A program made the translations under genes and the position numbers. A stretch of 51,838 nt of DNA from Mycobacterium phage prophiGD51-2, in the sequence record MW584195.1. One strand, written 5' to 3'. This document shows, in pieces, positions 7,706 to 16,518 of this stretch (position 1 is its first letter; each line of letters begins with the position of its first letter). The notes beneath the pieces are model-generated. The model saw nothing but the letters and a program-made list of their open reading frames with translations, made no database searches and was not told where the DNA came from.

Positions 7706-8293
7706 GTGAACACGACCGTGAAGCACTACGAGACCGCCACCAAGCGCGACGCCGCCGAGGCCGAGATGCTGGCCTGTGTCGCCAGCTACTTTGAGCAGGG
7801 CCTGCACCTCGTGAAGGTCCGCCCGTTCAGCAAGGTGCCGGTGAGCCGCACCTGGACCACCGATCCCAACCTCACCGTGCGCGAGGCGATCGAGCACCTG
7901 CGCGCCGAAGGCAACATCGCGATGCACCTCGGCAAGAGCGGGCTGATGGTCTACGACGTGGACGCGACCACCGTGGCGAACGCTGAGTTCCTGGGTGCGC
8001 GACCGTTCGCCGACGCTGACGTGCGGACCCCCAACGGCGGGGCGCACTACTGGCAGGCCGATACCCCGGGCGTGGACCGGGACGGGTTGCTGCACGGGAA
8101 TCGGTTCGTGCTGTTGCCGCCGAGCCGCCTCCGGGTCGATGAGGAGCCCGACCTCCCGCGCGGGTTCAGGCGCATCGGCGCGGCGCCGGTGATCGGCACC
8201 GTCCGCAACCGCCACGGGGTCGACTACGACTACAACGTGATGAACACCGGCTTCGTGGGCAGCCCTCCGCGCATCGTGAACCTCGGCGACTGA
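7706..8293 (+). CDS. Small primase-polymerase (PrimPol / bifunctional DNA primase-polymerase N-terminal domain) protein
   Basis: The GTG start follows GAAGGGAATCACA. It carries the PrimPol-like motifs 'HLGKSGLMVYDVD' and 'TPNGGAHYW'. Confidence 0.6.
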   Translation: MNTTVKHYETATKRDAAEAEMLACVASYFEQGLHLVKVRPFSKVPVSRTWTTDPNLTVREAIEHLRAEGNIAMHLGKSGLMVYDVDATTVANAEFLGARPFADADVRTPNGGAHYWQADTPGVDRDGLLHGNRFVLLPPSRLRVDEEPDLPRGFRRIGAAPVIGTVRNRHGVDYDYNVMNTGFVGSPPRIVNLGD

Positions 8294-8378
8294 CTCGAAA
8301 CACCCTCGGAAACAGCGAAGCCGGAGCACCAGGTGCTCCGGCGTTCGCCCCTCAGTCCCTCGGAAGGACACCACCAGT

Positions 8379-11372
8379 ATGGCAAACAACTCCGACGCGC
8401 ACCGCTACGCGCTCGACCGCCCCGCCGCCGAGGCGTGGGCAGATTTCTGGATCGCCCTCGGGGCGCACGTCCTGCCGCTGCGCAAGGACGGCTCGAAGAA
8501 GCCGTTGAACCCCGGCTGGCCCGACGCCCGGGCGATGACCCGCGACGACATTGTCACCTGGTTGATGCAGGGCGGCGGGATCGGCGTGAACCTGGGCAAG
8601 AGCGGCTGGGTCGGCGCTGACGCCGACAACGCCGCCGCCACCGACCTGTTCCGCAGTGCCGGTCTGGTGCGCACCGTGATCACCGCCAACTCGCAGGTGG
8701 AGGAGTCGCCGAAGTTCGGTGGCGGGCAATTTCTCATGTATGCGCCTGACGGCTACGACCCGGACACGCTGCACAGCCGGGCGTTCGAGCTCCCGTGCGG
8801 GGCAAAGGGCGACATGCTCGGCGGGCGCCGCTACATCGTCGTCCCGCCCACGCGTCTCGACGAGGCCGGCGGACGCTCGTACATGCCGGACCCGGAGGGC
8901 ATCTGGGGAGGCACCGGCGCCCCCATGCGGAAGGCCGGTCCCTGGATCGTCGACCCGAATGTGCAGGGCGACTTCGGCCGGCTGACGCCGCTGCTCGGCC
9001 TGCTCGGGCCGCGCAAGCCGCACGAGCGCGAGTATGACCCGGACGGCGAGTGGCGCACCGAGCGGCAGCAGCAGATCGACGAAATCCCCTGGGAGCGGGT
9101 GTTCGACTGCGCGGAGGGCCACAAGTTCACGGCCGACAGCACCGACAGCTGCGGCTGCGCTGTGTACGCCTACGCGGGACAGACCAGCAAGGACGGCCGC
9201 GGCCTCACCGCCCACGATGGCTGCAGCTGGGGCTGGTACGGCGCGACCTGGTCGGGTACGGCGCGGGCGCACTACGACCTGCCGCAGACCACTGATCGCC
9301 TGCGGATCGCGGCCCGGCTGCGCCACCTCGACACCGACGGCGAGGTCGCGCTCGGCCGGTCGTGGCGGGTCGGGTTCGGCGGGTTCCGCGACTTCGCCGA
9401 CACGATGGACGAGGCCGCGGAGAGGTACGAGGACTTCGCCGACGACCCGGAGAAGTGCACCGGTACCGCCCACGTGCTCGACCCGGACGTTCGGCCCACG
9501 GTCACGTCTTTCAATCCGCACGTCGCGGTGACCCGGCCTGACGCGTGGCGCGTGGTGCCCGCCGACCGGCAGCACTGGATCCGGCAGGCCGGGCAGTGCC
9601 GGGCAGTCGCGCGACAACTGCGCAGCGGGAAGCCGGCCGCGCCGCAGGGCAACGGGGAGACCTACCTGAACGGACCGGTCATCGGGGCCGAGGTGCCTCC
9701 GCAGCCGGTGTCGCAGCCGGCCGACCCCGCTGAGCCGATCGACGCCGAGACCGTCGAGCTGCCCGGTCAGGAACCGCCGACCGACACCGCCCCGGCCGTG
9801 GACGACGCGATCGACGCCGAGCTGCTCGACGGCCTGGGCACCGACAGGGCTGCCGAGTGCCGGCGGATCCTCCGCGAGCTGCGGGCAAAGATCATCCCGA
9901 TCGAACAGGAGATGGCGAAGTGCACGCCGGGGCTGCAGCGCCTGTACGACTTCGCGGAGAGCCGCGGGGTCTTCCCGCACGGGCTCGCGGGCGCCGCTAT
10001 CCCTCGCATCCTGGCGTCGGTCCCGCCGAACGTTGTGTTCCCGCCGCCGACGAGGCTGTGCGAGCACAAGGTCGAGGGGCAGGGCGTGAACGGGTACGTC
10101 GTGAACGTCGCCGCCACGTCGGCCGGTAAGGGCCGCACCGACTCCGCGGCGGAGGCGGCGTTCCCGCTCCAGAACGGGGTGGTCACCACCGGCACCGGCA
10201 CCTCGGAGGCGTGGTCGAAGAAGCTGCGCGGTGTGCAGGACGGCAAGCCGTACATCAAGACCACCAGCCTGCTGATCAACGTCGACGAGATGGATTCGCT
10301 CAACGGGTTCCTGAGCCAGCCCGGAAACAAGATGCCCGGATGGCTCGCCTCGACCTTCATGTCGGGGTACGGCGGGCAGGAGACCTCGGACGAGAAGAAC
10401 AGCGCACCGCTGCCGAAGCACGGCTCGAGGATCGGCATCCTGATCAACGCGCAGCCGGTCAAGATGGGCACCCTCGCCGCCCTGGACGGCATCGGGGTCG
10501 GGGCGCGCTTCGGCAAGGGAATGGCTGGCGTGGTCCGCAAGGTCGATCGCGGTCCGCTGTACGGGAAGAGCGTGGCCGCTGTCCTCGCGGACCAGAGTGG
10601 GCAGCCGTGGTACCACACCGGGCACGTCGGAGAGCCCCCGTACCCGCACATGCAGCCGCAGAGCGCCCGCGACGCCGCGACCGCCGCCGGAGCGGCTCCG
10701 CCCATCGTCAACCTCGGGCACAACGAGGACGGTGATCGGGTCGGCGTCACCGGGTTCGACGACGCGCCCCCGCTCTGGATCAAGCTGCCCGAGTGCGCCT
10801 GGGAGGACATCGCGGCGGGTGAGGACGTCGCCGCCGAGCGTGCGGCCGATCTGGAGCTGGCGTTCGACCAGGACGCGGAGGGCATCATCTCCGGCCACCG
10901 GATCCTGGTGGTGATGCACGTCTCGTTCGCGTTCGCGGTCCTCGACGGCAAGCACGAGGTCGAGGAGGCGCACTGGAAGGCCGCGAAGCTGTTCATGCAG
11001 GGGTCGGACCTCGTGGCCGCGATGTGCGGGGCTTGGCTGGAGCTGGCGAGCGAGGCCGAGGTGATCAAGGCCAACCAGCTCAAGGGTGTCGGTAACGCGG
11101 TCGCCCGTGCCGCGGACGCCACGGTCACCAACGGCGGTGTGGCCCGCTCCCGGCACGGCATCATCCGGGTGCTGTCGCAGGCGCCGGGCCTTACCATGAA
11201 GCCTGGCTACCTGAACTCCGGGTTCAAGGTCGGCGACAAAACGGTGGCGCTGTCCAAGGCGCAGAAGCGTCACGCGGCGCAGGCCGCGGAGCAGATGGAG
11301 CGCAGCGGTGAGCTGCGCAAAAACGCGGACGGCTCCTGGACCCTGTTGGAGAGCCTCGCCATCGCAGCGTGA
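8379..11372 (+). CDS. Large DNA primase/polymerase: N-terminal PrimPol domain plus C-terminal DUF3987-like domain with a degenerate P-loop
   Basis: The ATG start follows GGAAGGACACCACC. The N-terminal PrimPol motifs are 'HVLPLRKDGSKKPLNPGW' and 'GVNLGKSGWVGADAD'. The middle/C-terminal region contains 'NVAATSAGKGRT' and 'INVDEMDS'. Confidence 0.7.
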   Translation: MANNSDAHRYALDRPAAEAWADFWIALGAHVLPLRKDGSKKPLNPGWPDARAMTRDDIVTWLMQGGGIGVNLGKSGWVGADADNAAATDLFRSAGLVRTVITANSQVEESPKFGGGQFLMYAPDGYDPDTLHSRAFELPCGAKGDMLGGRRYIVVPPTRLDEAGGRSYMPDPEGIWGGTGAPMRKAGPWIVDPNVQGDFGRLTPLLGLLGPRKPHEREYDPDGEWRTERQQQIDEIPWERVFDCAEGHKFTADSTDSCGCAVYAYAGQTSKDGRGLTAHDGCSWGWYGATWSGTARAHYDLPQTTDRLRIAARLRHLDTDGEVALGRSWRVGFGGFRDFADTMDEAAERYEDFADDPEKCTGTAHVLDPDVRPTVTSFNPHVAVTRPDAWRVVPADRQHWIRQAGQCRAVARQLRSGKPAAPQGNGETYLNGPVIGAEVPPQPVSQPADPAEPIDAETVELPGQEPPTDTAPAVDDAIDAELLDGLGTDRAAECRRILRELRAKIIPIEQEMAKCTPGLQRLYDFAESRGVFPHGLAGAAIPRILASVPPNVVFPPPTRLCEHKVEGQGVNGYVVNVAATSAGKGRTDSAAEAAFPLQNGVVTTGTGTSEAWSKKLRGVQDGKPYIKTTSLLINVDEMDSLNGFLSQPGNKMPGWLASTFMSGYGGQETSDEKNSAPLPKHGSRIGILINAQPVKMGTLAALDGIGVGARFGKGMAGVVRKVDRGPLYGKSVAAVLADQSGQPWYHTGHVGEPPYPHMQPQSARDAATAAGAAPPIVNLGHNEDGDRVGVTGFDDAPPLWIKLPECAWEDIAAGEDVAAERAADLELAFDQDAEGIISGHRILVVMHVSFAFAVLDGKHEVEEAHWKAAKLFMQGSDLVAAMCGAWLELASEAEVIKANQLKGVGNAVARAADATVTNGGVARSRHGIIRVLSQAPGLTMKPGYLNSGFKVGDKTVALSKAQKRHAAQAAEQMERSGELRKNADGSWTLLESLAIAA

Positions 11373-11386
11373 CCCCCTCGACGCGG

Positions 11387-11422
11387 AAGGCCCCGGTTGG
11401 TACTCCGGCCGGGGCCTTCTCG
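11387..11422 (+). terminator. Rho-independent terminator after the primase gene
   Basis: AAGGCCCCGG-loop-CCGGGGCCTT followed by CTCGTGTC. Confidence 0.65.
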
Positions 11423-11454
11423 TGTCTGGGGCCTCCTCAGCGGGTGGAACGGCC

Positions 11455-11758
11455 CGAACAGCCCAAAGAATCTTTTGGGCTGTTTGGCAAAAGTACCCCT
11501 GAACTGGGGTTTTGGGCTGTTTGGGTCGTTTGGGTCGTGGGGCTGGTAGGCACACCCGCAGCCGCTGGAGGTTGGGTTATTGTTAGTTCTTCAGGATTCA
11601 ATTTAATTAACTATAACAAACTAGAACCCTGACTTCCGACCCGCTGAGGGGTGCCGGTGTCGGAACAGCCCAAAACGACCCAACAGCCCAATCCGCAGGT
11701 GAGAGGTGGTTTCGCAGCAGCCCAACGAATTTCCGTTGGGCTGTTTTGGGCTGTTCGG
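11455..11758. repeat. Iteron-like cluster: 8-mer CAGCCCAA/TTGGGCTG (>=8 exact copies in both orientations, plus TTGGGTCG/CGACCCAA variants) flanking a sharply AT-rich ~60-bp island (11575..11635); candidate replication origin
   Basis: Exact 8-mers start at 11459, 11476, 11512, 11666, 11684, 11718, 11736 and 11747. Two form perfect hairpins (11459..11483 and 11718..11743). The AT-rich segment 'ttcaggattcaatttaattaactataacaaactag' stands out in an otherwise very GC-rich genome. Confidence 0.6.
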
Positions 11759-11864
11759 GTAGCCAGAGAGAGTTTAGGTTAGCGAATCTCGCTGGTTAGC
11801 TGGCCTAGGCGCCGAGCGGGTCACCGACCCGACGGAACAGCTTCCGCCGAACACGTGCGGCGTT

Positions 11865-13223
11865 CTAGACCATCACGCCGACTTTCGCGAGTGCAGCCTC
11901 GACGGTCTTCCGGGCTTCCGTAGCCTTCACCGCGGCGTCAGCGAACCCCTGCCACGCTGCACTGACCATCGCTGAATCGACCATGTGCCGCGGTGGGAGG
12001 ACAACGGACGCCAAGTCTTCTGGGTAGAGGGCGTCCACGACCGAACCGCATGCAAGGGCGGCGATCTGTTCCTGGACCGCATCGCTGGCCATCGCCGCCC
12101 AGAGCCATCCGGAATCGTCCTCCGACTTCGGCGTCGCCCGCCCAACGTGGCCGGAGGCGTACCACCCGCTCCGCTCCGCGGTGACCATGCACGGATAGCC
12201 GAGGCTCTCCTCCGCCCGTCCGTCCGCCTGGAAGCAGACGACGCCGCGGCTCAGTTCGTAGCCGGCACCGTCTGGGATGCTTCGCGAGGAGATGTTCTTC
12301 GCACCGATGACATCGGCCTGCAGCAGCTGCCTGCCGGATACGAGCGGGGTTCCGTGCCCCGGGGCGACGTAGTAGGTCTTGTACCTACCTCCCGGCTTGG
12401 TGATGGTGGCGACCTCACCGAGCTCGACACCCCCCGCGGCGAGAACCTTCTCCCTGATCGTGTGGACGTGCGTCGAGTGGTACGCCGCATCCAGCCGTGT
12501 CCCTAGCGCGGCGGCGCTCGTCGTCCACCCCTGTCGAAGCGGTGTGTCCCGTGCGGTGTCGAGCGAGTTGTTCAGTGCTTCAACGGCTCCGTGGAGCGTG
12601 ATCCGCGACTGCTCCCTGGTCTGAGTGGCGTCGCGCATGAGCGCCGCCACCTTGGTGACGATCGAGGCGATGAACGGCACCTGTATCGCCGATACCTGGT
12701 CGACGGTGATGTGGTCGATGACCGACCCGCTGAGGTCGCCCCGCAGTAGTTGCTGCCCTACTGCGGATTGGAGAAACGCGAGCGTGTAGTAACGATCAGA
12801 CTCGTCGGCGATGGTTATCCGGACCATGTCGTGTGACAGCGCGAAGCGGGCTAGGTAATCGTCGGCTATGGTCAACGGCCCGAGGTTGCGGCCGGAGCAC
12901 GTCTGCAGCAGGTCTCCGGAGCTGATGCGGTACGTGTCAAGGTTCTCAGTCCGCGTCACCGACAACCGGTCCGCTTCGGGTGGCAGATACTCGAACACGT
13001 CGTACGGCCGGAGGTAGGAAATGAACGCCTCGCCCGGTGCGGCGTACGTTCGCTTGAATCTGCTGGGAGCCCGGACAGCGCCGAATTCTCCGATGCTCCG
13101 CAGCGGTGTCCTCTTCGCCTTTGAGAGCACCGCGCGCAGGCGAACGGCAGGCGCGGCGTGGAACCGGGCGTCTATCCGGTTGGCTTCTGACAAGGCGATG
13201 GCGCGTGTTGGTGCAATTTTCAT
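11865..13223 (-). CDS. Restriction-modification specificity (HsdS/BcgIB-like, two-TRD) subunit
   Basis: It has HsdS-like conserved spacer motifs, including '...VVLPPRHMV...'. The ATG at 13223 overlaps the stop of the upstream RM gene (ATGA) and follows GAAGG. GC3 is lower than in the phage core genes. Confidence 0.65.
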   Translation of the reverse strand: MKIAPTRAIALSEANRIDARFHAAPAVRLRAVLSKAKRTPLRSIGEFGAVRAPSRFKRTYAAPGEAFISYLRPYDVFEYLPPEADRLSVTRTENLDTYRISSGDLLQTCSGRNLGPLTIADDYLARFALSHDMVRITIADESDRYYTLAFLQSAVGQQLLRGDLSGSVIDHITVDQVSAIQVPFIASIVTKVAALMRDATQTREQSRITLHGAVEALNNSLDTARDTPLRQGWTTSAAALGTRLDAAYHSTHVHTIREKVLAAGGVELGEVATITKPGGRYKTYYVAPGHGTPLVSGRQLLQADVIGAKNISSRSIPDGAGYELSRGVVCFQADGRAEESLGYPCMVTAERSGWYASGHVGRATPKSEDDSGWLWAAMASDAVQEQIAALACGSVVDALYPEDLASVVLPPRHMVDSAMVSAAWQGFADAAVKATEARKTVEAALAKVGVMV

Positions 13224-15208
13224 TTTTGCGCCTTCAGCCACTCGCGGTACGCCTCTGCAACCTCCGCGAGTTCATCATCGATCTGACGTTCGGTAACGGT
13301 GACCTCTCGGAGTACCTCCTTGCCCGTCGTCTCGTCTATGTCCGTCACCATCTCGGTCCTGCTGATAAGCGCATCGTCACCATCCTCGGTGCGCCTGTAG
13401 ATCAGGTTGCCGCGCTTGTCGTGGCCGACTGTCTCCGCGACCGCCATGAACAACGGGTAGTCCAATCCGGTCTTCTGAGCCTTGGCGACCTCCGCGTCGT
13501 CCAGGCGCCGCATCAGCACCATCGAGGTCTGCGTGTCGTTCTTGGGCTGGAATAGATCTCGGTGCATGTCTACGACGGCGAGGATCTGGGCGTGAGTCAG
13601 TAGCCAGTGGCGCACGTAGGCGAGCCCGGGGTTGTTCAGGATCCCGTTCGGAATGACCATCGCCATACGCCCGGTGCCGGGCTTGAGCAGTTGGATGGCG
13701 CGCTCGATGAACAGGATCTCGGGCGGCTGCGACTTCTGGAGAACCGGGTTGCCGTTGCCATCGAGCCGTATTGACCAGTTGCCGTCTTCGTCCTGGTCCC
13801 ACATGGCGGCCAGGTCGTACTGGGACAGGATTTCTTCGTCGTCGATCGGGATGTTCGCTCCGAAAGGAGGATTGGACACGATCACGTCGACGCTGCCCAG
13901 GGGGAGGCTGTCTCTCAACGCTCGGTCCCACTTGTGCGGATTCTCCAGTGTGTTCGCTTGCCGGAGCTGGCCCGATCCGTCGTTGTTCATGACCATGTTC
14001 ATCTTGGCCGCGCGTACCAAGGCGGGGTTCAAGTCGATGCCGAAGACGTACTGGGACAGGTACTCGGTACGCCGGCGGTGAAGCTCGTCGCGCTCGGCGT
14101 CGGTTCCGTTCGTGGGATCGACCCACTGTGCGCGCTCCTCTGACTCGATGTGTTCGAGCGCGCGGTTCATGCCGGTAATCAAAAATCCGCCCGTGCCGCA
14201 CGACGGATCGAGAATGCGCTGGTCTGGCTGGGGATCGAGCATCGTGACCGCCATGCGGCAGGCGTTGCGAGGGGTGAAGAACTCGCCGCGGTCACCGCGA
14301 AGGTTCGAGCCGACGATCTCCTCGTAGGCGACGCCCTTGACGTCCACGGGGGTGTACAGAAGCGAGTAGCTCTGGAGCTGGCTCACGACGTACGCGATCA
14401 CTGCGGGCTTGAGGTCGATCGCGCGGTCGCGCTCCTCGAAGATGGTCGGGTACTTCCTGACCACCTTCTCCTCGAACAGCCCCTGAATGCGCTTCTTAGC
14501 TGCCGACGCTGCGGTGCTGCTGGCCCGCTCGGCGGGGGTGACGTAGAAGTTCAGACGAGAAGATCGCTCATCCTCGATCTTCGTGAAGATGAGCTTGAGG
14601 AGTTCCCAGAACGCCTCGGTCTTCTGCTTTCCCTCGTGCGCTGCGATGAAGTTGTGGCACCGACGGAAGGCGAACAGGAGGTTGTCGGCGGTCGCGACTT
14701 TCAGATCTTTGCGCTTGGGGCGTTGGACATCGTCCTCGGATTGGCCGTATCCGGGGATGTCGATGATCTCCTCGAACTCCCAGCCGCCCTTGCCATTCGA
14801 TCGCTTCGCGTAGCAGAACTTGTCGTCGCCGTTCGTCCAGATGCCGTACTTGGCGTTGAGGCACGCCGCCATGTACGAGTGGAGCTGACCGACGCCCTCA
14901 GTTCGGTGGGTCGGTTTCACGTCGGCGCGCTTCGTCTCGATGAGAACGTGGCCGTTGGGCTGCGTGTGCGGTTGGCCTGCGCCGAACACGACGATGTCCA
15001 CGCGCTTACGGCTAGATCCGACCTTGATCGGAAACTCGGGCTGGCAGTCTTTCGCTGCGAACTTGTACTGGCGCACCAGCGCCTTCTCGATGTTCTGCCG
15101 GACGTACTCCTCGGGGGTGTCGTTGACCAGCTTGCCGGTGAGGAAGTCCGCCACCTTCCCCTCAGGCACCGATCCAGCGGCGCTTACGGTCGGAGTTAGG
15201 TCGGTCAC
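13220..15208 (-). CDS. Type IIB/IIG-like bifunctional restriction endonuclease-methyltransferase (BcgIA-like): N-terminal PD-(D/E)xK (HsdR_N-type) nuclease plus gamma-class N6-adenine methyltransferase
   Basis: The nuclease motifs are 'VDIVVF...LIETKRAD'. MTase motif I is 'ILDPSCGTGGFL' and motif IV is 'VIVSNPPFG'. The GTG at 15208 is preceded by AGAGGA. Confidence 0.7.
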   Translation of the reverse strand: MTDLTPTVSAAGSVPEGKVADFLTGKLVNDTPEEYVRQNIEKALVRQYKFAAKDCQPEFPIKVGSSRKRVDIVVFGAGQPHTQPNGHVLIETKRADVKPTHRTEGVGQLHSYMAACLNAKYGIWTNGDDKFCYAKRSNGKGGWEFEEIIDIPGYGQSEDDVQRPKRKDLKVATADNLLFAFRRCHNFIAAHEGKQKTEAFWELLKLIFTKIEDERSSRLNFYVTPAERASSTAASAAKKRIQGLFEEKVVRKYPTIFEERDRAIDLKPAVIAYVVSQLQSYSLLYTPVDVKGVAYEEIVGSNLRGDRGEFFTPRNACRMAVTMLDPQPDQRILDPSCGTGGFLITGMNRALEHIESEERAQWVDPTNGTDAERDELHRRRTEYLSQYVFGIDLNPALVRAAKMNMVMNNDGSGQLRQANTLENPHKWDRALRDSLPLGSVDVIVSNPPFGANIPIDDEEILSQYDLAAMWDQDEDGNWSIRLDGNGNPVLQKSQPPEILFIERAIQLLKPGTGRMAMVIPNGILNNPGLAYVRHWLLTHAQILAVVDMHRDLFQPKNDTQTSMVLMRRLDDAEVAKAQKTGLDYPLFMAVAETVGHDKRGNLIYRRTEDGDDALISRTEMVTDIDETTGKEVLREVTVTERQIDDELAEVAEAYREWLKAQK

Positions 15209-15324
15209 GTCATACGTCCTCTGTCATCGTCCTCGCCGGGCGGCATGATGGTTAAGCCGCAGCCTATCGACGCCGTACATCGGTCCCCGGCAGACCCGCC
15301 GCCGGTGTCCGATTCCCGGTGCTG

Positions 15325-15531
15325 CTATCGGGGCCTGTCTTCAAGCCACCTCCGGATCGACGCCAGCTCTTGTTCCCACGTCACCGCCCCCGTTCCTCGA
15401 AGCAGCCGGTGCCACTCTCGCTCGGCGGCGAGGTACTGCTCCGCCCACTCCGGCAGCGCCACCGCATCGACCAGGTCTTCCGCGAACTCATCCACATGGA
15501 TTGGACGCACCACCTCACCGCGCGGTTCCAT
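15325..15531 (-). CDS. Small hypothetical protein upstream of the RM genes (possible controller/accessory protein)
   Basis: A 68-aa ORF starts with ATG at 15531. Its codon usage resembles the RM genes, and there is no strong RBS. Confidence 0.3.
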   Translation of the reverse strand: MEPRGEVVRPIHVDEFAEDLVDAVALPEWAEQYLAAEREWHRLLRGTGAVTWEQELASIRRWLEDRPR

Positions 15532-15703
15532 CTCCGCGCAACTTTGCGGGATCGCGCGTAGTTGCGCTGGCCACAGCTACTACCAGAATCGCACCAAGCA
15601 GCGGGTTCTGTTCGATCAGTTACCGAACTGAGCCCCCTGTGTGCTAAGCTGCGCTCGCTAGAGCGCCCGACGTGGACCGGAAAAGGTCCGTCACCCTCTC
15701 ATC

Positions 15704-15740
15704 ACCGCGCCCCGCATCACGCCGGGCGCGGTTCTTGTTT
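15704..15740 (+). terminator. Rho-independent terminator
   Basis: ACCGCGCCCCG-CATCACGC-CGGGCGCGGT followed by TCTTGTTT. It resembles the attL-proximal terminator. Confidence 0.7.
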
Positions 15741-15755
15741 CCGGGGGAGGCCGCT

Positions 15756-15929
15756 GTGCACCTCGACCTGACCGACCTCGGCGACTGCGGTGGCGTGATC
15801 GCCTCGCTTCGGCCAGCCCACGCGCAACCCGTGGCAGTCGACGCCCGACCGGCCCCCGCCTTCACCGGGCTGCGGTGGTTCGGGATCGCCCCCGACACCG
15901 ACGAGCCCGAGGAGTACTTCTGTGACTGA
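15756..15929 (+). CDS. Small hypothetical protein (58 aa)
   Basis: The GTG at 15756 follows GGGGGAGG with 6-nt spacing. The listed ORF 15672..15929 would start upstream of the terminator, which is implausible. Confidence 0.5.
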   Translation: MHLDLTDLGDCGGVIASLRPAHAQPVAVDARPAPAFTGLRWFGIAPDTDEPEEYFCD

Positions 15930-16083
15930 CCAGACCCCCGACGCCACCGACGACGCAGAGCTGACCGAGCCGCTGCCCGTGCCCGAGCAGAAGCCCGCCA
16001 CGAAGCCGGCCAAGCCCGCGGCCAAGACGAAGGCCACGTTCAAGCGCACGACGTACGTCCCGTACGACCACGACGCACAGTGA
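15922..16083 (+). CDS. Small Lys/Ala/Pro-rich basic protein (53 aa), not in the ORF track (<60 aa)
   Basis: The GTG at 15922 overlaps the upstream gene end. The translation is 'VTDQTPDATDDAELTEPLPVPEQKPATKPAKPAAKTKATFKRTTYVPYDHDAQ'. Its stop overlaps the next gene's GTG (GTGA). Confidence 0.4.
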   Translation: MTDQTPDATDDAELTEPLPVPEQKPATKPAKPAAKTKATFKRTTYVPYDHDAQ

Positions 16084-16388
16084 CGTACCGCTACCCGAAC
16101 AGCACGCGTACCACCACCCCCGAGCATCGCGCCCGCAGGCTCCGCGTCTTCAAGCGAGACGGTTACCGATGCCAGATCAGAGGCGCGCGGTGCACCGGTC
16201 ACGCCGACGAGCTCGACCACGTCATCGCGCTCGCTGAACACGGACCCGACACCGACGAGAACAGCCGCGCCGCGTGCCGCGAGTGCCACCGCGAGAAGAG
16301 CCTCGCCGAAGCCGCCCGCGGCCGACGCCGGCAAGCCCGCAGCGCGTGGCACCCCGTCGAGCCGCACCCCGGACTCCGCACCGCCTGA
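16080..16388 (+). CDS. HNH endonuclease (terminase-associated)
   Basis: HNH motif 'GYRCQIRGARCTGHADELDHVIALAEHG...CRECHREK'. It sits immediately upstream of terS/terL. Confidence 0.8.
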   Translation: MTYRYPNSTRTTTPEHRARRLRVFKRDGYRCQIRGARCTGHADELDHVIALAEHGPDTDENSRAACRECHREKSLAEAARGRRRQARSAWHPVEPHPGLRTA

Positions 16389-16518
16389 CCCCACCCGGGT
16401 ACCCCCTCGGACTCCGTCGAGTTCCTCGGGTGGCATAGGCGCTCGGCAAACGTACGGGTCTGGAGATTTTCAACCGACAACGCGCCGCTCGGCGCACCTC
16501 GCCGAGGAGGTGGTTCCG

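Noticed and set aside
8352-11555. 1067-aa minus-strand ORF antisense to the primase gene
   Set aside because: It lies antisense to a gene with clear PrimPol motifs. Its translation is a low-complexity Arg/Gly/Pro string with no RBS.
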